Shown here piece after piece: positions 1 through 8,399 of a DNA stretch of 64,000 bases; within the stretch, counting starts at the first letter, position 1, and every line of letters starts with the position of its first letter. The stretch spans positions 27,420-91,419 of the forward strand of contig CAMDMZ010000016.1 of the NCBI GenBank assembly GCA_945902805.1. Direction: 5' to 3'. Origin of the DNA: Propionivibrio dicarboxylicus (GTDB taxonomy: Bacteria > Pseudomonadota > Gammaproteobacteria > Burkholderiales > Rhodocyclaceae). The translations under genes and the position numbers were made by a program. Under the pieces are notes generated by a model. It saw only the letters and a list, made by a program, of their open reading frames with translations. It did no database searches and was not told the DNA's origin.

Positions 1-380
1 AAGGCATCACCTTCCGTTTCGCCAGCGCCGCACACAAGGCCTTGTTTGACCAGGCGCCCGAAAAATACCTGCCGCAGTTTGGTGCCTATTGCGCCAATGG
101 CATTGTCTACGGCATCCCCTGGGGCGGCGATGCCGATACCTGGAAGATGATCAACGGCAAGCTCTACATCTTTGGTGGCCAAGGATCGAAAGACGCCTTT
201 GAGCTGGATGAGAAGGCCAACCTGGCCCTGGCCGAGAAATATTGGCGCGAGGAAATTGCCGGCCACAATAGTTTCGTGCAACGCTTCAAGCGGCTGATCC
301 TGCGCGTGCCGCACTACCGCAGCGGAGAAGATTTGGCGCGCGCCGTCGCACAAGCGAAGACGGCCGGAGCAACGAAATGA
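1..380 (+). CDS. YHS-domain protein, C-terminal part (5' end outside window)
   Basis: Frame 3 is open from base 3. The translation GITFRFASAAHKALFDQAPEKYLPQFGAYCANG... fits the YHS/TRASH-type pattern. Stop TGA 378-380 overlaps the next ATG (ATGA). Confidence 0.65.
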   Translation, partial: GITFRFASAAHKALFDQAPEKYLPQFGAYCANGIVYGIPWGGDADTWKMINGKLYIFGGQGSKDAFELDEKANLALAEKYWREEIAGHNSFVQRFKRLILRVPHYRSGEDLARAVAQAKTAGATK

Positions 381-1327
381 ACTCACCGCGCCTGATTCAA
401 ATCGCCCACGACGACCCGGCCGCGATCCGCGACGAATTGCTTGCCGGCCTCGCCGCCCCAACGGCAACGATATCGCCCAAGTATCTCTACGATGCGCTCG
501 GCTCGCGCTTGTTTTCAGCGATCACCGAACTGCCCGAGTATTACCCGACGCGCACCGAGGCGGCGATCTTTACCGAGAAAATGCAGTCGATGGCCGAGGC
601 CCTTGGCCCGGTGGCGACACTGGTCGATCTTGGTGCCGGCAATTGCGAAAAGGCTGCCCGTCTGTTCGATCCATTCCAGGTGCAGCGCTACGTGGCGATC
701 GATATTTCGGCCGACTATTTGCGCGAATCGCTGGAGAACCTCCAGCGCCAGCATCCGGCCATGGATATGCTCGGCATGGGTCTGGATTTTTCATCGACCC
801 TGCGTTTGCCGGCAGAACTCGGCGACGCGCCGCGTACCCTGTTTTATCCGGGGTCCAGCATTGGCAATTTCACGCCTGAAGATGCCTTGGTCTTCCTGCG
901 CCAAGCTCACGCCGCGTGCCAGGGCGGCGCGCTGCTGATCGGCGTCGATCTGGTGAAACCGATCGCGATTCTGGAGCCGGCCTACGACGATCCTCTCGGC
1001 GTCACGGCGGCCTTCAATCGCAATATGCTGCGCCACCTCAACCAACTGGCGGGTACCAACTTCAACATCGCGGATTGGCGGCATGTGGCCTTTTTCAATG
1101 CGGCGGCATCACGCATCGAAATGCATCTGGAAGCCGTGCGCGATGTATTGGTCAGTTGGCCGGGCAGCGAACGGCGTTTTGCCACTGGCGAGCGCATGCA
1201 CACCGAAAACTCCTACAAATGGCGCGCCGATGACTTCGCTGCCCTGCTCCAAAGCGCTGGCTTCACGCGCCTGGAACGCTGGACCGATGACAACCAGTGG
1301 TTCGCCGTTTTCGCCGCTTTTTCCTAG
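377..1327 (+). CDS. egtD: L-histidine N-alpha-methyltransferase (hercynine synthase, EgtD family)
   Basis: 316-aa ORF with SAM-binding loop VDLGAGNCEKA and the EgtD-typical C-terminal HTENSYKW motif. Translationally coupled to the upstream YHS gene. Confidence 0.85.
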   Translation: MNSPRLIQIAHDDPAAIRDELLAGLAAPTATISPKYLYDALGSRLFSAITELPEYYPTRTEAAIFTEKMQSMAEALGPVATLVDLGAGNCEKAARLFDPFQVQRYVAIDISADYLRESLENLQRQHPAMDMLGMGLDFSSTLRLPAELGDAPRTLFYPGSSIGNFTPEDALVFLRQAHAACQGGALLIGVDLVKPIAILEPAYDDPLGVTAAFNRNMLRHLNQLAGTNFNIADWRHVAFFNAAASRIEMHLEAVRDVLVSWPGSERRFATGERMHTENSYKWRADDFAALLQSAGFTRLERWTDDNQWFAVFAAFS

Positions 1328-1343
1328 GCCTAGACGCGTGTAT

Positions 1344-1369
1344 CGCCGTCCCGCCAGCACCGACTTTTT
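1344..1369 (+). repeat. dispersed 26-nt repeat copy R1 (CGCCGTCCCGCCAGCACCGACTTTTT)
   Basis: Exact consensus. Lies between the convergent egtD stop and the senA-like stop; its T-run overlaps the TAA of the minus-strand gene. Confidence 0.85.
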
Positions 1370-2534
1370 AGAGCATGCAGCTACGGAATCCGGTATGCAC
1401 GTCATTGCGCTCCGGCGTGAAGTAATTGCGATAACGCGGATGCGCCATGCGCGGATCGGTCGCGCGACTAGCGCCTTTCAACACGTAGCGATGCTCTTCA
1501 AAACCAAAGCGCGAATAGTCGCGGTAGGGATGGGCAACAAAGCCGGCGAAGGGCGCAAAGCGGCTCGACGTCCATTCCCAGACTTCGCCCCAGGCGAAAT
1601 TCGGCTGGGTCAGCGCGGCACATTCCCACTCGGCCTCGGTCGGCAGGCGACGATTCGCCCAACGGCACCAGGCCTCGGCCTCGTGCCAGCTCACATGGAC
1701 GGCGGCGGTATCGAGATCGATCACCTCCCAGGCACCGAAGCGCATGGCCTGCCAGACGCCCCGCTCCCTGCGCACATAGCGCGGAACGGCGACGGCACCC
1801 ACATCAACGGCGGGCAGGAAGCGGCGCCACGTTACCGGCACGCTATCGATGGCGAACTCGGCCAGGGGCACGTCATGGGCGAGCAGTTCATTGTCGAACG
1901 CGAAGTCGGGACCGTCATGTCCCAACCGCCAGCCAGTCGCCGGAACCGCAATATCAGTCGCCAAGGGCAACGGGCGCTGCCACGGACGCAGGTGCGCAGG
2001 CAGCGGAATGTCGAGTGCCTGCGCCATATAGACGGCGGCCTCGGCGTGCATGTCTTCGTGGAACAGCGCGAGGCGATAGAAATACAAGGCGTCCGACCCC
2101 ACCTGGCCCACCGGCTCATGCGCCAGCAAGGCCAGCGTTTCGGCCAGGCTGGCATCGAGATAGGCTTTTGTCGCCGCCAGATTCGGCAGCGGCAGGCTCC
2201 AGCGTTTTTCGTGCGCGATCAGACTGGAGTTATAGAGCGCGTCGGCGCCAGCCATGCGGCCCTCGGGACGAAAGTGTTCGGGATCGCACGCCAAGCCCAA
2301 ACCACGCTGTTGATTGCGGGCAATCCAGATGTCGTAAAACCAGGCGACATGACCGACTTCCCAGCGCGGCGGATTGAATTGCGTGCTGTACGGAATCACC
2401 AAGTCCGCGCCCAGTTTGGCGACGTAGGCATCGAGCAGATCCAGCGTGCGGCGGCGGGCATCCTGCAGCGCGGTGGCAAGAAAAGCGGCGTTGCTACCGC
2501 GAGCGAGACGGGCGAGTGAAAAGTCAGTAGTCAT
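1368..2534 (-). CDS. EgtB/SUMF1-family non-heme iron sulfoxide/selenoxide synthase, SenA-like
   Basis: DinB-like N-terminus with His ligands (EVGHVAWF; FHEDMHAE = H-x3-H-x-E) and an FGE-sulfatase fold (RLPTEAEWE, VWEWT). Start set at ATG 2534, which has GAGG 8 nt upstream; the ORF-track start at 2612 looks like an extension. Adjacent to senB/senC-like genes. Confidence 0.7.
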   Translation of the reverse strand: MTTDFSLARLARGSNAAFLATALQDARRRTLDLLDAYVAKLGADLVIPYSTQFNPPRWEVGHVAWFYDIWIARNQQRGLGLACDPEHFRPEGRMAGADALYNSSLIAHEKRWSLPLPNLAATKAYLDASLAETLALLAHEPVGQVGSDALYFYRLALFHEDMHAEAAVYMAQALDIPLPAHLRPWQRPLPLATDIAVPATGWRLGHDGPDFAFDNELLAHDVPLAEFAIDSVPVTWRRFLPAVDVGAVAVPRYVRRERGVWQAMRFGAWEVIDLDTAAVHVSWHEAEAWCRWANRRLPTEAEWECAALTQPNFAWGEVWEWTSSRFAPFAGFVAHPYRDYSRFGFEEHRYVLKGASRATDPRMAHPRYRNYFTPERNDVHTGFRSCML

Positions 2535-3543
2535 GAAACAAACCTCAACGAAAAATGGTGGGCAACAACTTGTCATTGTCACCCCGGCGCTGGCCGATGC
2601 CAATAATGGCAACTGGCAAACGGCCTGGCGCTGGCAGCGCTTTCTTTCGCCACTTTACCCGACTCGGCTGGTCAAGGCCTGGCCCGATGAACGCGCCGCT
2701 GACGATACGCTGATGATCGCCCTGCACGCGCGGCGCTCGGCCGATTCCATCGCTGCCTGGCACGCCCGGCATGGCAGCGACCGTCTCGCCGTTGTGCTGA
2801 CCGGTACCGACTTGTACCGCGATATCCGGCACGACGCGAAGGCACAACGTTCGCTGGCGCTGGCGCGGGCATTGGTGGTATTGCAGGAGTGTGCGCCGCA
2901 ATCGCTGCCAGAAGCGCTACGCGGCAAAGCCCGCGTCATCTTTCAATCAACCACCACCCGCCAGACCTTGCCCAAATCGCCGCACCGTCTGCGCGCCGTG
3001 ATGGTCGGCCATTTACGTGACGAAAAGTCGCCCAAGACTTTATTCGCAGCCGCCCGCCAGTTGGCGTCACACCCGGCCATTCATATCGATCATATCGGTG
3101 AAGCGCTCGATCCGGCGCTTGGTGCCGCCGCGCGTGCCACCATGGCCGTCGCCCCCAACTATCGCTGGCTGGGCGGCTTGCCACACGCCGAGGTGCGGCG
3201 ACGCATCCAGCGCGCCCACGTGTTAATTCACGCCAGCCGCATGGAAGGCGGCGCCCATGTGGTCATGGAGGCTGTCGCCAGCGGTACGCCCGTGCTGGCC
3301 TCGGCGATTGACGGCAATATCGGCATGCTGGGCGCCGACTACGCGGGCTATTTTCCCTGCGGTGATTCGGCGGCACTGGCAGCACTGATTCTGCGTTGCC
3401 ACGACGGTCACATGCAACCGGATGGCACAACTCTACTGGACCAGTTGGCGGCGCAATGCCGCGATCGCGCGCCCCTGTTCGAGCCGACGAGCGAGCGAAA
3501 CGCACTGCACCGTCTGGTCAATGAATTGCTTGGAGAGCATTGA
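2533..3543 (+). CDS. GT-B glycosyltransferase-like protein, SenB-like selenosugar synthase candidate
   Basis: The first in-frame ATG before the conserved N-terminus LVIVTPALADANNGNWQTAWRW is at 2533. GT4-like SRMEGGAHVVMEA motif. Stop abuts the SelD-fusion start (TGAATG). Confidence 0.65.
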   Translation: MKQTSTKNGGQQLVIVTPALADANNGNWQTAWRWQRFLSPLYPTRLVKAWPDERAADDTLMIALHARRSADSIAAWHARHGSDRLAVVLTGTDLYRDIRHDAKAQRSLALARALVVLQECAPQSLPEALRGKARVIFQSTTTRQTLPKSPHRLRAVMVGHLRDEKSPKTLFAAARQLASHPAIHIDHIGEALDPALGAAARATMAVAPNYRWLGGLPHAEVRRRIQRAHVLIHASRMEGGAHVVMEAVASGTPVLASAIDGNIGMLGADYAGYFPCGDSAALAALILRCHDGHMQPDGTTLLDQLAAQCRDRAPLFEPTSERNALHRLVNELLGEH

Positions 3544-5823
3544 ATGCAAGCCACTGCGACACCTGTTTTGAGAGACATCGTCATGATCGGCGGGGGCCAC
3601 AGCCACGTCGGCGTGCTCTACATGTTCGCCATGAAACCCATCCCCGGCGTGCGTCTGACGGTGATTTGCACGGATACCGATACGCCCTACTCGGGCATGC
3701 TGCCCGGCTACATCGCCGGCCACTACAGTTTTGACGACGTGCATATCGATTTACGCCGCCTGGCCGAATTTGCCGGTGCGCGCTACCTGCGCGATGAAGT
3801 GATCGGCATCGATCGCGCGTCGCGCAAAGTGCTGTGCCGAAACCGGCCGCCGGTACCCTACGATGTCCTGTCGATCAACATCGGCTCGACGCCCCGGCTG
3901 GATGGCGTCGCCGGGGCGAACGAGCACGCGGTGCCGGTCAAGCCGATCCGCCGTTTTAATGAACGCTGGCTGGCGTTGCTTGAGCGCGTTTGTCGCCATG
4001 ACGGCGCCACCACCATCGCCGTCGTCGGTGCCGGCGCGGGTGGGGTTGAGCTGGTCTTGTCCATGCAGTTCCGTTTGCGCAAAGAACTCATGGCTCTGGG
4101 GCGAAACCCCGACGCCCTGCGCTTCCATTTGTTCTCGGCTGACGCGCAAATCCTGCCGACACATAACGCCGCAGTACGCCGTGCCTTCGAGCAGGTGTTA
4201 GCCGAACGCGGCGTGATAGTGCATCGCGATGCCGAAGTCACGCAGCTCAGCGCCGGGCGCTTGCAAACCCGGGCCGGCGAGGTCGTCGAGGCTGACGAAA
4301 TTGTCTGGGTAACGCAAGCAGGGGGCGCCGCGTGGTTGCGCGATACCGGCTTGGCGCTCGACGACAAGGGTTTCATTCGCGTCCGTGACACGCTGCAAAC
4401 CGAAACGGACCCGCTGATTTTTGCGGCTGGTGATTGCGCTGCGATGATGGGACGGCCCTTGGAAAAAGCCGGTGTATTTGCCGTGCGCATGGGCCGCCCG
4501 CTGGCCGAGAATCTGCGCCGGACGCTGCTGCGTCAGCCCTTGAACGACTACCGCCCGCAGCAGCGCTGGCTGGCGCTGATCAGCACCGGCGACCAACACG
4601 CGATCGCCTCGCGCGGTGCGTTTTATGCGCGTGGCGATCTGGTCTGGCGCTGGAAAGACTGGATCGACCGCCGCTTCATGCGCAAGTTCACCGAGTTTTC
4701 CACCACCATGACGAGCACGGCGGCGACGGCCGATGCGACGATTCCGCTCGACGACGTGGAACAGACCCAGGCCATCTCGGCCATCGCCATGCGCTGCGGT
4801 GGCTGCGGTGCCAAGGTGGGTGCCAGCGTGCTCTCCCGCGCGCTGGCGAGCGTTCAGCCGATCGAGCGCGACGACGTCCTGATCGGCCTGCATGCACCCG
4901 ACGATGCCGCTGTGGTGCGCGTTCCCGCCGGCAAGGCGATGGTGCACACCGTCGACTTCTTCCGCGCCTTCATCGATGACCCGTACATCTTCGGCCGCAT
5001 CGCCGCCAATCACGCGCTCGGCGACGTCTTCGCCATGGGCGGTGAGGCGCAATCGGCGACGGCGATTGCCACCGTACCGCCGGGCCTGGAAAGCAAGGTG
5101 GAAGACACCGTGTTTCAAATGATGGCAGGCGCCGTGTCCGTACTGAACGACGCCGGCTGTGCGCTGGTCGGCGGCCATACCGGCGAAGGCAAGGAACTCG
5201 CGCTCGGCTTTGCCATCAACGGCCTGATCGACGAACAGCTCGACAGCGTGATGCGCAAAGGCGGCATGCGCCCGGGCGATGTGCTGATCCTGACCAAACC
5301 GATCGGCACTGGCACTTTGTTCGCTGCCCATGCCCAACTCAAGGCACGCGGGCGCTGGATCGATGCCGCGTTGGAGTCAATGCAGATTTCGAACCGGGCT
5401 GCCGTGCCCTGCCTGATCGCCCATGGCGCGACCGCCTGTACCGATTTGACTGGCTTCGGCCTGCTCGGCCATCTGGTCGAAATGACGCGGCCGTCAGGTG
5501 TCGATGCCGAGCTTGATCTGGCCGCCTTGCCGGTTCTCGACGGTGCCGCCGAAACCGCCGCAGCCGGTATTCTCAGTTCATTGCAGCCCGCCAATGTGCG
5601 CTTGCGGCGGGCGTTGCGCAATCAGGAAGCGGCGCTCAAACACCCCAACTATCCGCTCTTGTTCGATCCACAAACTGCCGGCGGCCTGCTTGCCAGCGTA
5701 CCGATGGCAAGTGCGGAAGCCTGTATCAACGAACTGCGCATTCTGGGCTACCCGGCGACCACGGGCATAGGCCGGATCGTCGCTCAAGGGGATGCATTGG
5801 AGCCGATCAGCCTATCGGTTTGA
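3544..5823 (+). CDS. selD: FAD-dependent pyridine nucleotide-disulfide oxidoreductase fused to selenide,water dikinase (SelD/SenC-like)
   Basis: 759 aa. N-terminal Rossmann motifs IVMIGGGHSH and VVGAGAGGVE. The C-terminal half carries the SelD glycine-rich loop RCGGCGAKVG (Cys421/Lys424) and an AIR-synthase-like fold (DDAAVV..., LVGGHT). Confidence 0.85.
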   Translation: MQATATPVLRDIVMIGGGHSHVGVLYMFAMKPIPGVRLTVICTDTDTPYSGMLPGYIAGHYSFDDVHIDLRRLAEFAGARYLRDEVIGIDRASRKVLCRNRPPVPYDVLSINIGSTPRLDGVAGANEHAVPVKPIRRFNERWLALLERVCRHDGATTIAVVGAGAGGVELVLSMQFRLRKELMALGRNPDALRFHLFSADAQILPTHNAAVRRAFEQVLAERGVIVHRDAEVTQLSAGRLQTRAGEVVEADEIVWVTQAGGAAWLRDTGLALDDKGFIRVRDTLQTETDPLIFAAGDCAAMMGRPLEKAGVFAVRMGRPLAENLRRTLLRQPLNDYRPQQRWLALISTGDQHAIASRGAFYARGDLVWRWKDWIDRRFMRKFTEFSTTMTSTAATADATIPLDDVEQTQAISAIAMRCGGCGAKVGASVLSRALASVQPIERDDVLIGLHAPDDAAVVRVPAGKAMVHTVDFFRAFIDDPYIFGRIAANHALGDVFAMGGEAQSATAIATVPPGLESKVEDTVFQMMAGAVSVLNDAGCALVGGHTGEGKELALGFAINGLIDEQLDSVMRKGGMRPGDVLILTKPIGTGTLFAAHAQLKARGRWIDAALESMQISNRAAVPCLIAHGATACTDLTGFGLLGHLVEMTRPSGVDAELDLAALPVLDGAAETAAAGILSSLQPANVRLRRALRNQEAALKHPNYPLLFDPQTAGGLLASVPMASAEACINELRILGYPATTGIGRIVAQGDALEPISLSV

Positions 5824-5850
5824 GCAGGACGCAGCGCCGATATCAATCTG

Positions 5851-5876
5851 CGCCGTGCCGTCAGAACCGACTTTTT
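5851..5876 (+). repeat. dispersed repeat copy R2 (3 mismatches)
   Basis: CGCCGTGCCGTCAGAACCGACTTTTT, 28 nt after the selD-fusion stop. Confidence 0.65.
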
Positions 5877-6008
5877 CAGATTGGACGCAAGCCCGGCGGG
5901 AGTCAAGCCAGGAAAATCAAGTCAGAAACCGTGGTCCATCCCATATTCTGCGAAGTCACCAGTTCTGAGTAGCTTTATCGCGCGGCACTCGTGTGGGCTG
6001 CCGAGTTA

Positions 6009-7175
6009 CTACAGTTGCCGACGCGCAAGACAAACGCGATTACGGCCGGCTTTCTTGGCCTCGTAAAGCGCTTTGTCCGCGCGCTGCAGTACGGCGTGAA
6101 TGTCGACGTCGCCCGCGTTAGCCGTTGCTAGTCCGATGGATGTGGTGATCCGCAAGGACTGACCGTTCGGAGTCATGACCGGCTCACCTGCTAGTAAGGC
6201 GCGAATTCGTTCTGCGACGGCAGATGCCTGATCTTCGGTGGTACCAGGCATGACGGTGACAAACTCTTCGCCTCCCAGTCGGGCAACAATGTCAGTTTCG
6301 CGCGCCATGTCACGCAACACGCGCGCAGTGTGTACCAGGACGACGTCGCCAATGGCGTGACCGTAGGTGTCGTTGATCGACTTGAAATGATCAAGGTCGA
6401 ACGCCAAGGCTGACAGGGCTTGCGGTTGGCGTTTGCGTCGTGCCCATTCACGTTGCGTCTGCTCCTCGAATGCTCGCCGATTGAGCAGACCCGTCAGTGG
6501 GTCGTGATTGCTCATGCGCTCAAGCTCTTCGCGCAGCCGTTCGGAGGCCAGCAGAATAGTGCTGATAATGAACAGCAGCATGATGAACGGGTAGGTGGTA
6601 ACGTAGAAAACCTGGATCGGTGTGTTGTCGAGTATGCCGACCATTTGCGGGTTGATCAGCGAGGCGCTATAGCGAATGACCTGTAAGGCAGCGGCACTTA
6701 CCAAAACACCGGTCAGCATCAGGCGCGGGAAAGTGTGGATGCCGTGTCGGTAAACCAGCCAGGAGTGCAAGCAAAACAGGTAGGTTTGTAGCGCAGATGT
6801 AATGGCAAGGCGAACCGCGTAGCTGTAATCGACCAGCGCGAACCAGGCCAGCACCAAAATTACGGCTGCAATCAATAACCACCCTTGCACAAGTTTTGGG
6901 GTGACCCCAAAGAAGCGTTGAGTGCCAACATAGCTCAGGTAGATACCGGACATCAGCACGGCGTTTGCAATGCTGATTCTCAGGTTCTCAGTTGCCTGCC
7001 CACCGACGGCGAACAGGGGGCCTGTGACAAAGAAGAGCAGGACGGCTGCTGCCCATTCGCCTAAACCCCTGACGGTGGGCGGATAGCTGCGCCTTAGGAT
7101 AAGGAGCACCATGGCCAACATGCCTGCCAACAAGCCGGTCAGCAGGACGATGGTGCGGGGATCCACTAGACTCAT
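6009..7175 (-). CDS. membrane-anchored diguanylate cyclase (GGDEF)
   Basis: About 200-aa multi-TM N-terminus followed by a GGDEF domain with active site RLGGEEF and an I-site RETD 5 residues upstream. Confidence 0.85.
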   Translation of the reverse strand: MSLVDPRTIVLLTGLLAGMLAMVLLILRRSYPPTVRGLGEWAAAVLLFFVTGPLFAVGGQATENLRISIANAVLMSGIYLSYVGTQRFFGVTPKLVQGWLLIAAVILVLAWFALVDYSYAVRLAITSALQTYLFCLHSWLVYRHGIHTFPRLMLTGVLVSAAALQVIRYSASLINPQMVGILDNTPIQVFYVTTYPFIMLLFIISTILLASERLREELERMSNHDPLTGLLNRRAFEEQTQREWARRKRQPQALSALAFDLDHFKSINDTYGHAIGDVVLVHTARVLRDMARETDIVARLGGEEFVTVMPGTTEDQASAVAERIRALLAGEPVMTPNGQSLRITTSIGLATANAGDVDIHAVLQRADKALYEAKKAGRNRVCLARRQL

Positions 7176-7333
7176 GTTGTCACCTTGAGTTCACCCATAG
7201 CACCAAAATCGATAGGAAATCCAACGCGAAATGGGTAAGCATCCTCATCTGGGCCGCCGCAGTCAATCACCGTTTCGGCAGAGAAAAGAGCAATAACGGA
7301 CCAGGCTCGAATTAAATTATCAGGACAATTCAT
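7172..7333 (-). CDS. hypothetical 53-aa protein (below the ORF-track cutoff)
   Basis: Hand translation: MNCPDNLIRAWSVIALFSAETVIDCGGPDEDAYPFRVGFPIDFGAMGELKVTT. Its TGA overlaps the GGDEF ATG (ATGA at 7172-7175). Starts 4 nt after the ArsM-like stop. No clear SD and low GC3. Confidence 0.3.
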   Translation of the reverse strand: MNCPDNLIRAWSVIALFSAETVIDCGGPDEDAYPFRVGFPIDFGAMGELKVTT

Positions 7334-7336
7334 AGG

Positions 7337-8377
7337 TCAGCAGCACCCGCAGTCTTCCTCGCCTGCGGGCGTCTCACCAAAGGGTAGGGCTTTGCCGCAG
7401 CCTTGAAAGATGCCGTAATGGCGCGTGAAGTCGCCAATGAAGTCGAAGTGCGGTGCCAGTCGACTCTCCTTGAGCATGCGATACGTATTGCCGCAGACCG
7501 GAAAGACCCGGCCGACTTCGATCCGGTGGTGCTTGTCGAGGGCGAAGGCGTGCGCATGCTCCGGAATGGTGCCGCGATAGATAACAGCCTGGCCGTGGTC
7601 CTCGCAGTCGGACTCCAGCCCGTCGAGATTGAACAGTCGGTAAGTCGCAGAGAAGAAACGCACTCCGGCGGTACGCGGCAGAAGTGCCGGATCGGTGATG
7701 GCGAGCGGACGATCCTCGACCAGGCGTGGGTCAGTAAAGCCGGCCGCGCGAGAAAGCCGCAGGAAATCATTCCAATAGAGCGCTCCGCCGAGACATTCAC
7801 CGTAGAGCACCGGGTCGTTCTTCACTGACTCCGGCACGCGCCGGTCGGCGTAGACATCGGAAAAATAGAACTTGCCGCCCGGCTTGAGCAAGCGTTGTAC
7901 GCCACGCAGCACGGCTTCCTTGTCGGGCGAGAGATTTACCACACAGTTGGAGACGATGACATCGAAGCTGCCCGGTTCCAGATCCAGTTCGTCGAGACGT
8001 TCGATGTAACCGGACAGGAAACGCACGTTGGCGAAACCGAAACATTCGGCGTGCCAGGTGCGATGCCGCTCGGCGACGGCGAGCTGTTCGTCGGTCATGT
8101 CCACGCCGACCACCTCCCCCTTGGGGCCGGCCATTTGCGCCAGGGCATATACATCACGCCCTGAACCGCTGCCGAGATCGAGCACGCGGCAGCCTTCCAG
8201 TAGCGGCGGGCAGACCAGCCCACAACCGTAATAGCGTTCCAGCACTTCCGGATGGATGCGCGCCAGCAGCGATTTGAGCCAGGCCGGCGCGCTGGAGGCG
8301 TCGCAGCAGGCAGATGTTTTCAGGTCGGCGGAGCCCGACAGTTGCTTGCCGTAGTAGTCCTTCACGAGTTCATGCAT
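7337..8377 (-). CDS. SAM-dependent methyltransferase, ArsM (arsenite methyltransferase)-like
   Basis: LDLGSGSGRD SAM motif plus ArsM-pattern cysteines: TSACC, YYGCGLVCP, SNCVVNL, YGECLGGAL. Cys-rich C-terminus DCGCC. Confidence 0.7.
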   Translation of the reverse strand: MHELVKDYYGKQLSGSADLKTSACCDASSAPAWLKSLLARIHPEVLERYYGCGLVCPPLLEGCRVLDLGSGSGRDVYALAQMAGPKGEVVGVDMTDEQLAVAERHRTWHAECFGFANVRFLSGYIERLDELDLEPGSFDVIVSNCVVNLSPDKEAVLRGVQRLLKPGGKFYFSDVYADRRVPESVKNDPVLYGECLGGALYWNDFLRLSRAAGFTDPRLVEDRPLAITDPALLPRTAGVRFFSATYRLFNLDGLESDCEDHGQAVIYRGTIPEHAHAFALDKHHRIEVGRVFPVCGNTYRMLKESRLAPHFDFIGDFTRHYGIFQGCGKALPFGETPAGEEDCGCC

Positions 8378-8399
8378 GTCATTTTCTGTCGTGTGATTT

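Noticed and set aside
1344-1369. The dispersed repeat as a Rho-independent terminator, because of its GC-rich segment followed by a T-run.
   Set aside because: No self-complementary stem could be found in either orientation. Candidate pairings with flanking sequence (e.g. near 63728-63763) are not conserved between copies.
1083-2519. Long antisense ORFs opposite real genes: 1083-2519(+), 4198-5337(-), 10555-11496(+), 13879-14877(+), 18206-19090(-), 25221-26411(+), 27415-29013(-), 54064-55473(+), 58992-59861(-), 60136-61098(-), 61944-62786(-) and many shorter ones.
   Set aside because: These are shadow ORFs typical of GC-rich DNA. Their translations are Arg/Gly/Ala/His-rich with no recognisable motifs, and each is fully covered by a motif-rich gene on the other strand.
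5881-6066. 61-aa plus-strand ORF in the selD/GGDEF spacer, and the 16722-16916 / 16834-17037 minus-strand ORFs in the 300-bp spacer before the DedA fusion.
   Set aside because: They have non-ATG or unsupported starts and no SD. They overlap neighbouring genes and have skewed, basic low-complexity composition.
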